A DNA stretch of 54,537 bases, the filler included, from Bipalium vagum (taxonomy: Eukaryota), in the NCBI GenBank assembly GCA_037834085.1. It is 3 parts of 3 records of this genome, joined end to end, with 100 filler letters (N's around TTAATTAATTAA, not from the genome) between each part and the next. Parts side by side here need not be neighbours in the genome. Positions count along the whole stretch, not along the records: positions 36,087 to 54,537 come from JBBMKC010029023.1; 2 more parts are not named here. One strand, 5' to 3'. Positions 36,897 through 49,867 of the stretch are shown here, in pieces. The position numbers and the translations under genes were made by a program. The notes under the pieces are model-generated. The model did not search any database and was not told the origin of the DNA. It worked only from the letters and a program-made list of their open reading frames with translations. How positions within the stretch are numbered: the first letter of the stretch is position 1; each line of letters begins with the position of its first letter.

Positions 36897-37110
36897 CACT
36901 AGAATCCCGGCGCGTCATATGACGCATTTGCATACTAAAACACTAATATCTTTAAAACCGTATATATAAATTTTTTTTTTAATTTGAGTTCATTTATTTT
37001 ATTAAGATTTAACCATATTTGAAGAATTTTATGAAATATCTTTCATAGTTTTCATAAAAAATGTATCTCTACCTATTAACACAAAAAAGCGTCAATTGAC
37101 GCTTCTTTAA
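36897..37110. mobile_element. piggyBac-like terminal fragment
   Basis: TTAA|CACTAGAATCCCGG, followed by palindromes GCGTCATATGACGC (36912-36925) and AAGCGTCAATTGACGCTT (37087-37104) resembling piggyBac TGCGTCA..TGACGCA subterminal repeats. No matching other end found. Confidence 0.65.
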
Positions 37111-38884
37111 ATTTTTTTGATAAACCTGTATAAATTTGGTTTCATTTCATCTTAAATATTTTCAGTTCTAATCAACTAAAAATGTTTAATTATTATCATT
37201 ATTAATATTTTACCAATATTATTTCGATTATTAATATAATAATGCCAACTTTAGTCGAACATATGCATAATATAATAACTCATTCGTGATCGGATATGAT
37301 TTTATAAATTATGATCGATTTCTTACTATCTTTATTAATTATTTATTTAAGGAAATAATAATTTTCTGCTTTAAGATTTTGTTATTTCGTTTACTTTAAT
37401 TGATAAAATAGAAAAACAAACAAACAAATAATAATAATAATAATTTGTTTTCATAATATTGTTTATGTAATAATTCCTAATTTTTTCATAACTCATGTTT
37501 GCTGTTTCACATACGATTTTACTTTTCTAGACTAGAAGACATCAGAGAATCAAAATTACTTGAAAGCTGAATAACTTAATTGATCCTTCTGGTTATTTTT
37601 CAGATTTCATTATCTTGTCTTGTTTCTCATAAGAAGTCATGGAAAATAATTAATCTCTACAAAATAGTTGAGACCATGGAAACTTAAGCAATTTGATCAT
37701 TAAAAAATATCATTCCCTTAAAATTTATTTTTATTTTACATAATTGGTGATTTTCATAATAAATCAGACAAAAATATATATAAGCCTTAAAATGTACAAG
37801 AAAATTTATAAACATTATTTTAATGGTTGTATCTACAGGCATGTGGAAAATATTTAATAATAACGTGTTCAAACAAATAAATTTAAATTCATAATCTAAT
37901 TATTGTGTTTCTCCACAAAAATTGTTATCAAATATTTTTTGACACTTCATTTTATTTTAAACGAAATATGAAAAATAAAATTGATTATTTTGCTCTAAAA
38001 ATAACTTTATTTTCATCAATTACATTTTTAAGAAATTAAGACTGGCGCAATTTTTTAAATCTCATCTTGTAATTTATAACTCACTCCTTTCGTCTTAGAT
38101 AAACAATTCAGTTACTTTGTTAAAATTGTTGTGAATTTAAGGAAGATAAACAAAATTTTTATAATTTTACTGTACTTCAATGTTCTATTAGTATAATTTT
38201 GTTTTATTCAGAAAATAAATAGTTTTATCTAAAAAATAAGTAAAAACAATAAATTGAAAGAAACAATTTATCGTTACGTTAAAGCTCAACATAAATGACA
38301 TTAATTAGATAAAATAGAATTAATATTATTTGAATAAACACTTTTCCAATTCAATGAAACGGATATGTCAAGATATCTGTAAAAGGGTAAATTCTTAAAA
38401 AATTAATTCGTGTTTTATCTTAGTAAATAATTTGTAAATAATTTTTAATTTAAAAAACGAAAACTATAAATTAATAAAGAATAAATATTTATCTTCAAAT
38501 AAAATGATTTAATGTGAAGATAAATAAGAATACTAATTATTATCAATTCAAGTTAATACAAAATAATATTTTTAAAATTTAACTTGATAGTAATGAAAAA
38601 AATCATATAAGAGTTTAAAAATTCAAAGTAAACAAAATAAGTTATTTTAATGGACTTCAGACTAATAATCTTAGGTTTACTAATTGAAAAAAAGCCTATT
38701 TAGTAAATGGTTCCAAATTCAATATTAAATAGCTTTTTTGGCTAAATAGGTAAATATTTAATTAAAGGTATATAGAAATTTTTTCAGAAATATATAGACA
38801 ATTATTCAGATATACAAATATATATCATAAAAAATACACGAGAGGAAATGTACATATAAAAAAAATGAAAAATTACGGGGAGAA

Positions 38885-39275
38885 ATTCTTGTCTCGTCAA
38901 TGCTTTATGTTGCGAAAATAACTACTTAAATCGATATCGCCATGCATATCGCCAACCATTTTTTAATGGTTCTCAAAAAGGTTGATATTCACGACTTTAG
39001 AATGCTGAAAAATTCTTCGATCGACTTTAATTGAGGAGAATATGGTGGCAACAACTTCTGGTTTGGTGTAAGTTGACTCCTGTTTTATCTAAGTAAACCA
39101 GCTTAAAGTTTTCAATCTACTCAATGTCCCTCGCATAAAGCTCGCGTTTAGTCTCAAATTTTTTACTATTATTTCTCTCTACGAAAACTCTGAAATATCG
39201 CTTTCTGGTATAATTCATGTCACGTAAAATTCTTGAAACAGTACTTTGGCTGACTAAAATGTGATCAAATTCAAA
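38885..39275 (-). mobile_element. IS630/Tc1-like transposase remnant
   Basis: Minus: HILVSQSTVSRILRDMNYTRKR...ERN and a downstream SIDET motif. Confidence 0.55.
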
Positions 39276-39479
39276 TAGAAACAATGGAATATTTTTCTAT
39301 ATATTTCTGAAAGATTTTCTATATATTTTTGCATGGAATTATATATATATATATATTGAATATTTCTGCATAAACCTGTATTAAAGATAATAACTTAATC
39401 ATATAAAAAACTTCGTTGTTTTAATATTCCATATAAATAGCAATAAATCAAATAGCATCTCAAAAAATACATATAAAGC

Positions 39480-39760
39480 ATTGTTTATCGTTGCCTTTCA
39501 ATCATCTAGCTGATTCTTAGTTCAAAAAGATATTAGTCAAAAAATCGATCTCAAATTACATTGAATTTCAATAGAAATATTTTTTAGGACAGGTATTCGT
39601 CAGATATCTGAAAAATGGTTAAAATGCATCGACAATAATGGAGATAATTTCACAGAATAATTTGTAGTTATATCTTGCAGAAATATATATTTATATCATC
39701 AATCTTTTGATACGTAATATTATTGAAAACAGGTACCTTTTCAAATTGTAAACCTAATAT
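39480..39760 (+). mobile_element. mariner 3' fragment with right TIR
   Basis: FFRTGIRQISEKWLKCIDNNGDNFTE* followed by a ...AAACCTAA-TA end. Confidence 0.65.
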
Positions 39761-39952
39761 TATTCATAATCAATTTTATAAATATTATTATACTATAATT
39801 ATAATGAAAATAATATGGTTTACAAAAATTTAAGTACTGAGATTTATTCAATATTTGATAAATATTTTAATTTTGATAAAATAAAAATGAAGATTGGTGC
39901 TTATGAAATCTTTAATTATTCGAAGTATTTATTTTTCAAAAAATAAAATGTT

Positions 39953-40928
39953 GGACGAATTAAATCTGACAACCCCAGTGTTATCAGATTTAAATGATTG
40001 TGTGACGGGGTTGTCAGATTTAACTGGTAGCATCATGGGGTTGTCAGATTAAATTGGTTGTATAACGGAGTTGTGAAATTAAATTGGTTATTTATCGGGG
40101 TTGTCAGATTTAACTGGTAACATCATGGGGTTATCAGATTAAATTGGTTGTATAACGGAGTTGTGAAATTAAATTGGTTATTTATCGGGGTTGTCAGATT
40201 TAGATGGTTGTAAAAAGTGTGAAAAAAGTAATAGTCAGATAATAAGGAAAATGGATCCATCATTTTTAGATAAATTAGCAGTTTTCAGCAATCTTGATTT
40301 GTTTGATTGGCTAAGAAGAAAAGAATTGATTCAATTTGAACAAATCTGTGCTGACTGCAAATTGACAATGTCATTTAAGAGTGTTAAAGTGACATCAGAT
40401 GGTTTTGTATGGAGATGCAACAACAATACCTGTAGAAAATATAGGTCCAGTCTAAGCATAAGAACGCCAATTTCACCAACTTGGATTTTAACCATTGTTG
40501 ACACTTATTTTAAACCAGCGAGAGGATACGCCGAAATTATACCCGATAAAAGAAGTGTCACAATTTTGCCTATTATAGAAAAGGTGGTTAAATTTGGATC
40601 AATAATTTATACAGATGAAGCCCGTTTTTACAAGGTCTTGGGTCAGAAAGATTCTGGGTACAAGCAAAATACGGTTGTACATACATACAATTTTGTTGAT
40701 CCAGATACTGGTGTCCATACACAAAATGTAGAAAGCTACAATTACAAATTAAAAAGAAAAATAAAAGATTGTCAAGGAATCGATGAAGATAAAAGAGAAG
40801 ATTTTATTAATGAATTTATGTTCTTAGACTATTAATATTAATATTTTAATGTTGTGTTAATTTGTACAAAAATTTTGAGTTTGAGATTAAATTGGTTGTT
40901 TATCGGGGTTGTCAGATTTAAATCTTCC
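39953..40928 (+). mobile_element. Merlin (IS1016/ISXO2-like) DNA transposon, internally deleted, copy 2
   Basis: TIRs GGACGAATTAAATCTGACAACCCC / GGGGTTGTCAGATTTAAATCTTCC. Flanks AAAATGTT / AAAACTTT (degenerate 8-bp TSD). Open ORF 40251-40835 with zinc ribbon, IIYTDE and TVVHTYNFVDPDTGVHTQNVES. Confidence 0.92.
39975..40210 (+). repeat. Subterminal 30-bp tandem array with a 90-bp higher-order duplication inside Merlin copy 2
   Basis: About 8 units with core GGGGTTGTCAGATT(T/A)AA, the reverse complement of the left TIR. 40008-40097 is repeated at 40098-40187 with 2 mismatches. Confidence 0.9.
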
Positions 40929-42413
40929 AAAACTTTAGTATTGTACATATAGTAAAATTAAACTGTTAGTGACATAATTTGAAAGGATCAATAGTTTTTG
41001 AATAAAAATAATACTGTCTATTATAATATTGTTAATATCAATTGGTTTGTAGTCAGAATAAATAATTAATAAAATAAAATATTTAAAATAAATAAAAAAT
41101 TCTCCAGGTCTGATTAGCCTCCTCATAAATATAAATAATACTTAATATAAAAAATTAAAAAGCAGTTAAATAACTAATAAGATTTTTTCAATTTGACAAC
41201 AAAGTTTGATATGATATTAAAATTAATTTCGTCAACAATATCTTTTCAGACATCATATAGTAAAATTAATGATATTTATTTTCTTTAAAAAAATATTTTA
41301 TTTATTTATATAATGTCGCGATTTATTTTCTTTAAAAAAAGAAAATATTTTTAGAAGTATTATTTCAGTTTTTTCAGTTTTCTAATTTAAGTATTATATC
41401 AAAAATATTAACAAAGAAAGTATTAAATAGGAAGTCAAAACTAAATCTAGGACTTATTACCTATAATCAAGAAATATTTCTGGTTAGTAAAAAATATTAA
41501 TTAAATTGCAAATTACAAGATAATTAACTTTCTATAATATGGAAAATAATAATAAATGTAGAAAGGAAAATAATTTTTATCTATTCAATTTCTTTTCAAG
41601 TCGATTTAAAGTAATCCCTTAATCCCAAAATTCATTTCAGTTAAAAAATTGAATTTTTAAAAAGTTGAAAATGTATATTAAAAAAATGCTTGAATAATTT
41701 ATCCCTTTTCAAAGTAAACTATATATTATAATAAGTTAGGAAAGGTAAATTTGTCAAAACATAAGAATATAATCCTCTTTGAAATGAACACAAAAATTAA
41801 GACGTTATTATGAAAAGCATTTGTTAATCAGTATTTTTTATTTAATGGGATAATAAATAGAATGTAATGTAAGAAATAATCACTGAGGGAAAAACCATAA
41901 TTAAAATTATGAAAAATGGGACGGAATTATTTAATTTTAAACTTAACTTTTAGAACGTAATAGAACTTATTGGAAAATTTTTATTTTAGACAAACTTTTC
42001 ATAACTTGAAAAAGAAATTAACATTTTTTAAAAAAATTTTTGACAATGAAATTTAAAAAATTAAGATAAGAAATTTTTAAAATAGATCATTATTACAAAA
42101 CTGGTATCATCATTTTTTTATTCACCATTAATTTATGGAAACTTCAAAAATTATATTTCTTGCTTTGAAGTTGTCTAAAGATAAATTTATATCTACCAAC
42201 TGTAAGCAAGTTATGAATTAAAAGAAATTCAGAATATAATTGCTCAAATGTTTTGACAAAATGTACCAAATTTCATTAAAAAAAGATCCAGTTTTGTGGC
42301 AAATCTATCAATGTAATTGCAAAAAAAAGTAAAAGTAGTTTTAATGTTATTAAAATAATTTTATTAATAAATTAAAATTTCAATCCCCTTTGAAACAATA
42401 TAATTAATATATA

Positions 42414-42880
42414 CAGTAGATTTCGCTTATAGAGAACTTGCTTAAAGAGAACAAAATCGGTTAAAGAGAACATGTTTTATTAAAATAAACATTTTTTTTC
42501 AAAATACAGTTTATTTCAGACAGTAAACATATAATTTAATTATTTTTGTATGTAACCTGATTAAAGGTTATTTGATTAATTGAAAATATTATTTTGCTTA
42601 AAAATTTTAGGCCATAATGAAATCAGGTTCCAGGACAATTCTAACACTCAAACAGAAATTTGAAATCATAGCACTTTTTGAGCAAGGAGAAAGTCAAGCA
42701 TAAATGGCCAGAAAATATAAAAATCTCCTTCATCAATATCAAACATTTGTCACAAGAAAAGGAAAAAATACTTGAAATTCTTTTTATGATGATTTAGATA
42801 TTCAGTTAAGGGATTTGTATTTGCTGCAACGATCTAAAAAGATACCCATTTAAAGTGTATTACTTATTGAAAAAGCTGAT
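42414..42880 (+). mobile_element. pogo/Tigger-like element, 5' part
   Basis: TA|CAGTAGATTTCGCTTA end with three AGAGAAC subterminal repeats. ORF remnant from 42617 MKSGSRTILTLKQKFEIIALFEQGESQA*MARKYK (CENP-B-type HTH) and LQRSKKIPI*SVLLIEKA. Confidence 0.8.
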
Positions 42881-43319
42881 CAAAATTCAAATACAGGTTT
42901 TGTGATAACAATAGTAATTAATAATACTTTATTTTAAAAATAAATTCAACGTATTAAATTTCACAAATTTAGGAATAATTTGTGTACAATGATAATATAT
43001 AAAAAACTCAAGAAAAATTTATTAAATTAATAAATCGATAAATGTTTTTCTGATCTTTTGTCTTAAACTTTCAAGTAAATGATTTTTTATTTAAATTGAT
43101 AAAGTATTCTTATTGAAATATCAATACCGTTTTAACGGGTTTTCAAAAGATTATAAATAGTAACTTAAACATAAAAGATAATTTGAAACTATAATTTCTT
43201 TTTAATCATTTTCTATAAAATTGAACCTAATCACTAATATATTTTTGAAATCTTTTTAATACTGATCAGTACTTATAATTCACATAAATATCAATGATCA
43301 AAAAATTTATTGATCTAAC

Positions 43320-43561
43320 TTGTTTAGAACCATTTCAGATGCTCCTTTGGTCAATAATAATAATTTCTTTTCATCATTTATGATAGTGCTCATTGATTTT
43401 CTCACAGAATTGAACGTATAAATTTTGATAAGCTTCTCTTCAGTCCAGATAGATCGATATTCATTGTAATCTTTGTTCAACGAATTTGTCATTAACCCCA
43501 ACAGAGCACACTCAGTCTTATTACCAATTTGGGAGGGTAACTCACCAGGTGATTTCCCAGG
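43320..43561 (-). CDS. PMCA: PMCA Ca2+-ATPase, nucleotide-binding domain exon
   Basis: attttgtag|CCT...AACAA|gttaga, 242 bp: PGKSPGELPSQIGNKTECALLG...YTFNSVRKSMST...TKGASEMVLN(K). GNKTECALLG, FNS.RKSMST and KGASE are PMCA motifs. Phase 0 start matches the 47939 exon. Confidence 0.95.
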
Positions 43562-44314
43562 CTACAAAATGACAATTTTCTTTTTTTAATGAATAACATA
43601 CTTATCTTTGAACTTTAAAAAAATATTTTACATAGTTATCATTACAGTGTGATCTTATCAATATTATTATCATTTTTAATTTTGATGTTCCCATTATCAA
43701 TTTTCATTAAACTTTTAAAAACACCGCTTCCGAAACAATAAAATTGATATAATTTGAAATGGTATAATTTAATTAGTATTATAATTTTCGATTAACTAAA
43801 AATCTAAATGATTCATTATTGTTACATTTTCCGATGAATTTATCAAAAAGAAAAATTATGATTTGTTTATAATTAATTATTAAATAATTATCAATTATAC
43901 TTTTAATTAATGGATTTAATAATGACCTTAATTTAAAACAGGTTTTTTATAAATCCTGATATACAGGGTGTTACTTGAAGAGAATCAGAAAATGTTAAGA
44001 TGTAACAGAAATGACCATGAAGAGAAAATATGAAGACAGTATGAAAGAGAACTATACAGAAAATTGAACTTCAGAAACTATGATGCGGACAGTAGATATC
44101 GAAACAATAGATAAAATAACATCGAATATCATTGGAGATATAGAGCTACAGTAAAAATTTGGATTCGAGATGATCCGAAATACCGTGGAAAATGAAAACT
44201 TTCACATATGCAATATCGAAAAAAATTTTAAAGAACGGTACACAAGGGATTGAGAATTGAATTTGATCACTAATATATTACCATGACATCATTTAAATAA
44301 TAACTACATTAGTG

Positions 44315-45485
44315 TGAAAGTGAACGTTCGTTTTTTGAGAAAATTTAAATACACAAATAACAAAACGAAGTCAATAAAGTATATATATTCTCCATTTTTA
44401 TATACAACCTCTTCCCATACCAGGGACTATGCTTTTCATTAAAGAACTGATCCAAGAAAGTTTCGATATCATGAATTCTGTCAAAATTTTTGCCACGAAG
44501 GAAATTTTGTAAAGATCGAAACAAATAGTAATCTGAAGGCGAGATGTCTTGGCTATATGAAAGCCTAAATATTATTTTTTATTGAAAGGCTTTCATCTTT
44601 TATTGTGTCACTTTTGCTGTTTGTGGTGTAGCCCAGTAGTGATGAAAAATTATTTTGTTTCTGTTGATCAATGCAGGACGTTTTATGCAATATACATAGG
44701 AATTTTAATCAATTATAAATAATTAAAAATGAAGTAAACCGTGGCAATCCCAGAAGACACTCAATAAGACCTTCTTTGAATGAAGTCCTACTTTCGCCAT
44801 TGGGTCCAGGGGTTGGGACTGGACATAACAACTGGTTTTTGTTTTTTGAATTCTCATACATTATCCACTTTTCATCTCCACAATACATTTGAAGAATGGT
44901 TCCTTTAAATGACGATGGAATAATGAGTGACAGATCTGGACTCGATTATTCTTCTCTTCTGAAGTTAAGTCAAAAGGAACCAAAAAAACGCACCTATTGC
45001 TTTTGTGGTTATATACACAACTGACACTACGGTTTAACAGAACAGACAATTCTTTTAATGTTTGTTTAGGATCCGTTTCCATGATAGCCATTAACACATT
45101 ATCCACCATAGATTGTCGATACACCAGCGGTTTGTTCTCCAAGCCGAGATAGCTAATACGAAATCGTTCGAACCATTTTAAACATTTGTGAACATCAAGC
45201 ATTTCATCATAAACATCGCTGATATTTTTGGTGAAAACGAAGGTATTTGATCCGTGTTTAAACTCATATAGTACACAATGCCAAATATAAGCGTCATTTG
45301 GGGAATTTTCATTAATTTCTAAATACGTTAAGTAAATTTAATACAATTTTTAAAATTATTGTTTATAGTTGACATCGATCTTTGATTTTAAATTGAATTA
45401 AAAAATTTTGCTTATTATGAACAATGTAAACAATATTAAAACAATAACATTAAATATTATTTTTTAAAAATGAACTTTTAATTTA
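44315..45485 (-). mobile_element. Degenerate mariner in PMCA intron
   Basis: ORF 44861-45202 (KCLKWFERFR...LVPFDLT...RVQICHSL), downstream YSQDISPSDYYLFRSLQNFLRGK. TIR-like sequences at both ends. Confidence 0.85.
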
Positions 45486-46979
45486 AAAATCAAAATATTT
45501 TGTGATATCATAATAAAAAATTTGAATAAAATTTTAAAATTAGAAAAAAAATTAATTTCCAACAATAACACATTATAAAAGATTTTTACACTAAGTTCTA
45601 TCTATAATATCAATAAATTTTAATAATGTTGATTTTTTTCAGTTATCAAATATAAATAGATGAATTTCATTTAAAATATTTCTATTTTCTAATGAATTCT
45701 TTTACTTTTAAATATTTTTAGAAAATCAAGTTTAATAGCCCTTCTTTATCTTTATTTAAATATTTTCATTGAAATTTCGTGACTTTAAATTAAATATAAT
45801 TTTTAGAGTCACGAAACAATAAAAGAATATTCTTCACCAGGGATCAGTAAATTTCTGGAATGCAAAATCTATCGGACAATGTCTGGGTTATGGCAATAAT
45901 TTCCATCTCAGTTTCATCAATTTTACTGGGCATTCATGTCTAATGTTATTGTATTACAGAATAACACATAAAACTGTAGTAGTATTTATGATTTACACAA
46001 CTGAGATACGTATAAATCAGCGGTATTGTTTTCATATTGAAAAACGTAATGACCTAAGCCTCATTTTTCTCAACAGATGCACAACAATATTTTTTGACAA
46101 TAATATTAAATTTTAAAACATCTCAATAGGGTAAGAAATAAGTTCGTTCGATAAAAGATTTGTTTAGATGCCTGAAGTAGAGAACAAAATAATCAAGAGG
46201 TCTAAGAGATTTTCGAGAAAAATATATTTAGGAACCCATTTACAGTATTTTTAAATGTAAAGGGTCATTATGTGATTTTCACCCAATGTGTGAAATACTT
46301 GACATTTATCTACAATAGATCTGGTAATCACCACCGAATTTTGTGTCAATATTAACATGGAAATGCAAAATATTATAATCGGCGTTTGTAAAGCAACCCG
46401 AAAAATGATCTTTCAACGCCAACTTCCCCGCGCAAAAAATAAGAAAACCATCGTTAGGCTTTATGAACCTATATTACACTCAGTCTACAGATGGCACACA
46501 AATTCGTAGTTGACAAAATATATTTTTCTTTTTTTGAATTAGTACACCATGTTGTGTATTATATTGTTTTTATCACACATGTTATATTCAAAAAAAGACA
46601 AAAATTATAATATGAATACACAAGATATATGTAATTTAATTGAAGACATACTTATGTATCCCATTTAAACAAAAATTTTTTATTATGAAAACATGAAAAT
46701 TGAAAATTATTCAAATGGTAAAGTATATAAAATCAGAAATTACATTTTTCTAACATCATAAGTGAATTTTTATCCTTGCTATAAAATAAAAGGATAACAT
46801 ATATTTGATTTATAAATTCATATTAATTATTTATAATTTCTTGTTAATTTTATATATTTATCATATTTGAATTATATTTAAAGGAATTAAGAAAAGATTT
46901 GCAATTCCTTAAATAGTCAGAAATTCTCACGTTGTCTCGCACATGAAATAGAGGTTTTTAAAATTTAACTGAACTAAAA

Positions 46980-47600
46980 AAAATCACTGTGAAACACATT
47001 TTATTCATTAAAATATTTCCAAAAAATGTTCATGGTGCAAGTCCGAAGTAGCATAGCAGATATCGTCTAAGGCTGATAAGCACCAAAAGAAAGTTATATT
47101 ATGCGTTTCATGGGAATCATACATTTCGAAATTTTTGTCAAGCTGGCAAAGGATTAATTCTAATATTTACATTGATCAGTTAACAAAATTGAACAGAGAA
47201 ATCGAAATAAATCGTCTAAAATTGGCAACCGTGAAAGCATTGCTTTTCAACATGACAATGCGAAACCACGCACTTCTTTGGCCACTGGGAAAAAAGTATT
47301 AAACCTTGGTTGTGACGTATTGCTAAATCCACCATATAACTGAAACCTCTTTGCAAAACTTCTTGAATTATAAAAATGTTACTAATGATGATGATGATGA
47401 TGATGTCAAATCTGACCCGTTGCACTTTTTGCTGATAAATTCTAGACGTTCTATTAATTTTCATGGATCCTGGAAGATAACAACAGGTCCTTGATAACAG
47501 AGAAAAATTCATAATTTATTAAAAATAAATTGGTTCATAAAGTTTCATATCTTTTTTTTCTTCAAAAATATCAACAATATGATTCCGTACCAACTAAATA
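46980..47600 (+). mobile_element. Deleted mariner (3' part) in PMCA intron
   Basis: LLFQHDNAKPRTSLATGKKVLNLGCDVLLNPPY and W/R.QVLDNREKFI; right TIR-like ...GTACCAACTAAA-TA. Confidence 0.75.
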
Positions 47601-47938
47601 TTGTAATTTTTGTTAAAAATATTTTACAAATATTTCTTGAGATTTGATGAATCATTAAATATGATCCAAAATTTTAATTTTTACAGCAAAATTATAACTA
47701 TAATATTAATTTTCATCTTAGTTTCCACAAAATTAAAAATTCTAACATATATTTGAAGGAAGGAATATACCATAATATACTAATAATGGTAATTGATGAT
47801 AAATTTATTTAACATTAACCATACCTGAACAACACTCCTATTTTTTTAAATACATGGTTTCTAGAAAAAAGAGGAAAGGGGATGAAAAAAAGTGTAACAA
47901 AGGAACAATCTTTTCCAAAAAAACTAATCAACCCTTAC

Positions 47939-48172
47939 CATTAGACGTGAGGTGTAACTGCTATTAATGGCGATGTTTTTCAATAGTTTATCCACAAGAT
48001 TTGCTGATAACTCATCAATACGAGGTAAATTTTGACGAAAATATTTCCCATTAAGATACGCTTGGACCACAGTCATTCGATTTGTGGTTAGTGTTCCAGT
48101 TTTGTCTGAACAAATTGCTGTTGCATTACCCATTGTTTCACAGGCATCCAAATGTCTAACAAGATTGTTATC
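47939..48172 (-). CDS. PMCA: Plasma-membrane Ca2+-transporting P-type ATPase (PMCA/P2B), phosphorylation-site exon
   Basis: tttttaag|GAT...ATG|gtaagg, 234 bp = 78 codons: [37 protein letters not shown]...[13 protein letters not shown]. Contains the DKTGT catalytic Asp in the PMCA-typical context [19 protein letters not shown]. Confidence 0.97.
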
Positions 48173-49867
48173 CTTAAAAATTTATAAAATAATTAATAAA
48201 ATTCTACAATGCAAGATAATTAAATTTATTTGAGACAAAAATTTTCTAAGTCTTTTCTTCCGCTTTACTGCTACCTCAACTTTATAGTTTTATAATAAAG
48301 TTTTATTTCGTTAGAATTGAAAAAGATTATTTCTAAGCTTTGATTTAATTAAATCAAATTAAATAAACCTTAATAACAATTAGTATCAATTTAATATGAA
48401 GCGAACGTTAAAAATCGATTGATTGTGCAGTTTACTTTCATAATTAAATTACATCATTATTACAAAATTATTTTATCTCGAAGTTTCACTCTTTTTTATC
48501 TTGTCCATCAAAATTAAAATAAAGTGAGATTAATTTGTCAATACAAATGATAAGATCAAAAATCAAACATAATATTACCAAAAATGAAAATAAACATATT
48601 GACATGAAAAACTGAAAAATATTAAGTCGCTCGATGTGCTTCCCTATGTAAAATTTATAATCAATAATATTGAATTTTATTTTTTTTGATTTATTAATAT
48701 TTTCAAAAATATATCTTAAGTTTTACAGAAACACCTAAAAATAATTTTATTCCATTTACAATGTTTGATTTATGAAACCTTAAATAATGGTTTTTAATTA
48801 TTTTTATAATTATATATTACTAATATTCGGAAATTGTTGATATTTTGATAGCTTAAATATTTCTTACATTGTGACATTTAGTACTAAGACAGCTGATGGG
48901 TTGCTGCTTTGATGCGAATAAATGAAAATTCCAGAGTGGATTATGTTGACGATAATGATTTAACATTTACAAACTCAAGAATTCTTGATGTTCCAACAGT
49001 CTCTGCTTTTGGAAACCCATGTCAAAATTGTTTTTTGATTTTTACATACAAATCTGGGTAAAAAGATTTTATGTGAAGTGTCGAATTTTGACTTAACCTG
49101 TTTTCAGGAGATAGCGCTATATATAAATATAAATCATTACTCCTAAAACTTGATCAATATTGTTGTATACGTCAATAATTTATTATATTAACCCGAAAAA
49201 GCCTCATTTCTGACTACTTTTTAAATTAATTATTAAATTCAAAGTAATATGAAAATTAAAATTATTTAATAAAAATATTTGTGTTTCATATATTATCCCT
49301 TCAACTATTTGTTTCTCAAACATTTCAGGTAAATATCTACAAAAATATTCGTATTTCCATATCTTCGAAAATAGAAAGATTTTCAAAATTATTTATTTTA
49401 TATTTAAAAAGATTTCTTAGTTCAAAAATTTCAGAATATTGAAAAAAGTTGAAATAAAAACTGATTAATAATTCAGAATCAAATTAATAAAGTACAAACA
49501 ATCCCTGCCAGTAAAAATTAATTTTTATTTCTGAATAAATTAAATAAAATTGGATCTCACGAAAAACAAATACATAAATTTATGAAAAGTTTGAATTTAC
49601 TTAATTACTGATTTGAGCTAAATTAAAATAGTGAGATTAATTTGTTCCTTTTCTAAACACTGAAATAAAGAAAAAAACTATTGTCAGAAAAATTTTATAG
49701 TGAGATCCTGATCTATCACTATTAATTATTAACTTTATTTTTAAAAGAACTTATTTAACCTTAATATAAGTTAATTATAATTTTTTAATTTTTTCTATTA
49801 TATTTCTAAAATATTACCAAACCTCTTACTAATTTCAATTTTCTTGAAAATAAAATAAAAAATTTTA

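Noticed and set aside
39975-40210. CRISPR array interpretation
   Set aside because: Eukaryotic context, no cas genes, spacers only ~13 bp and themselves repeated, and the core equals the Merlin TIR.
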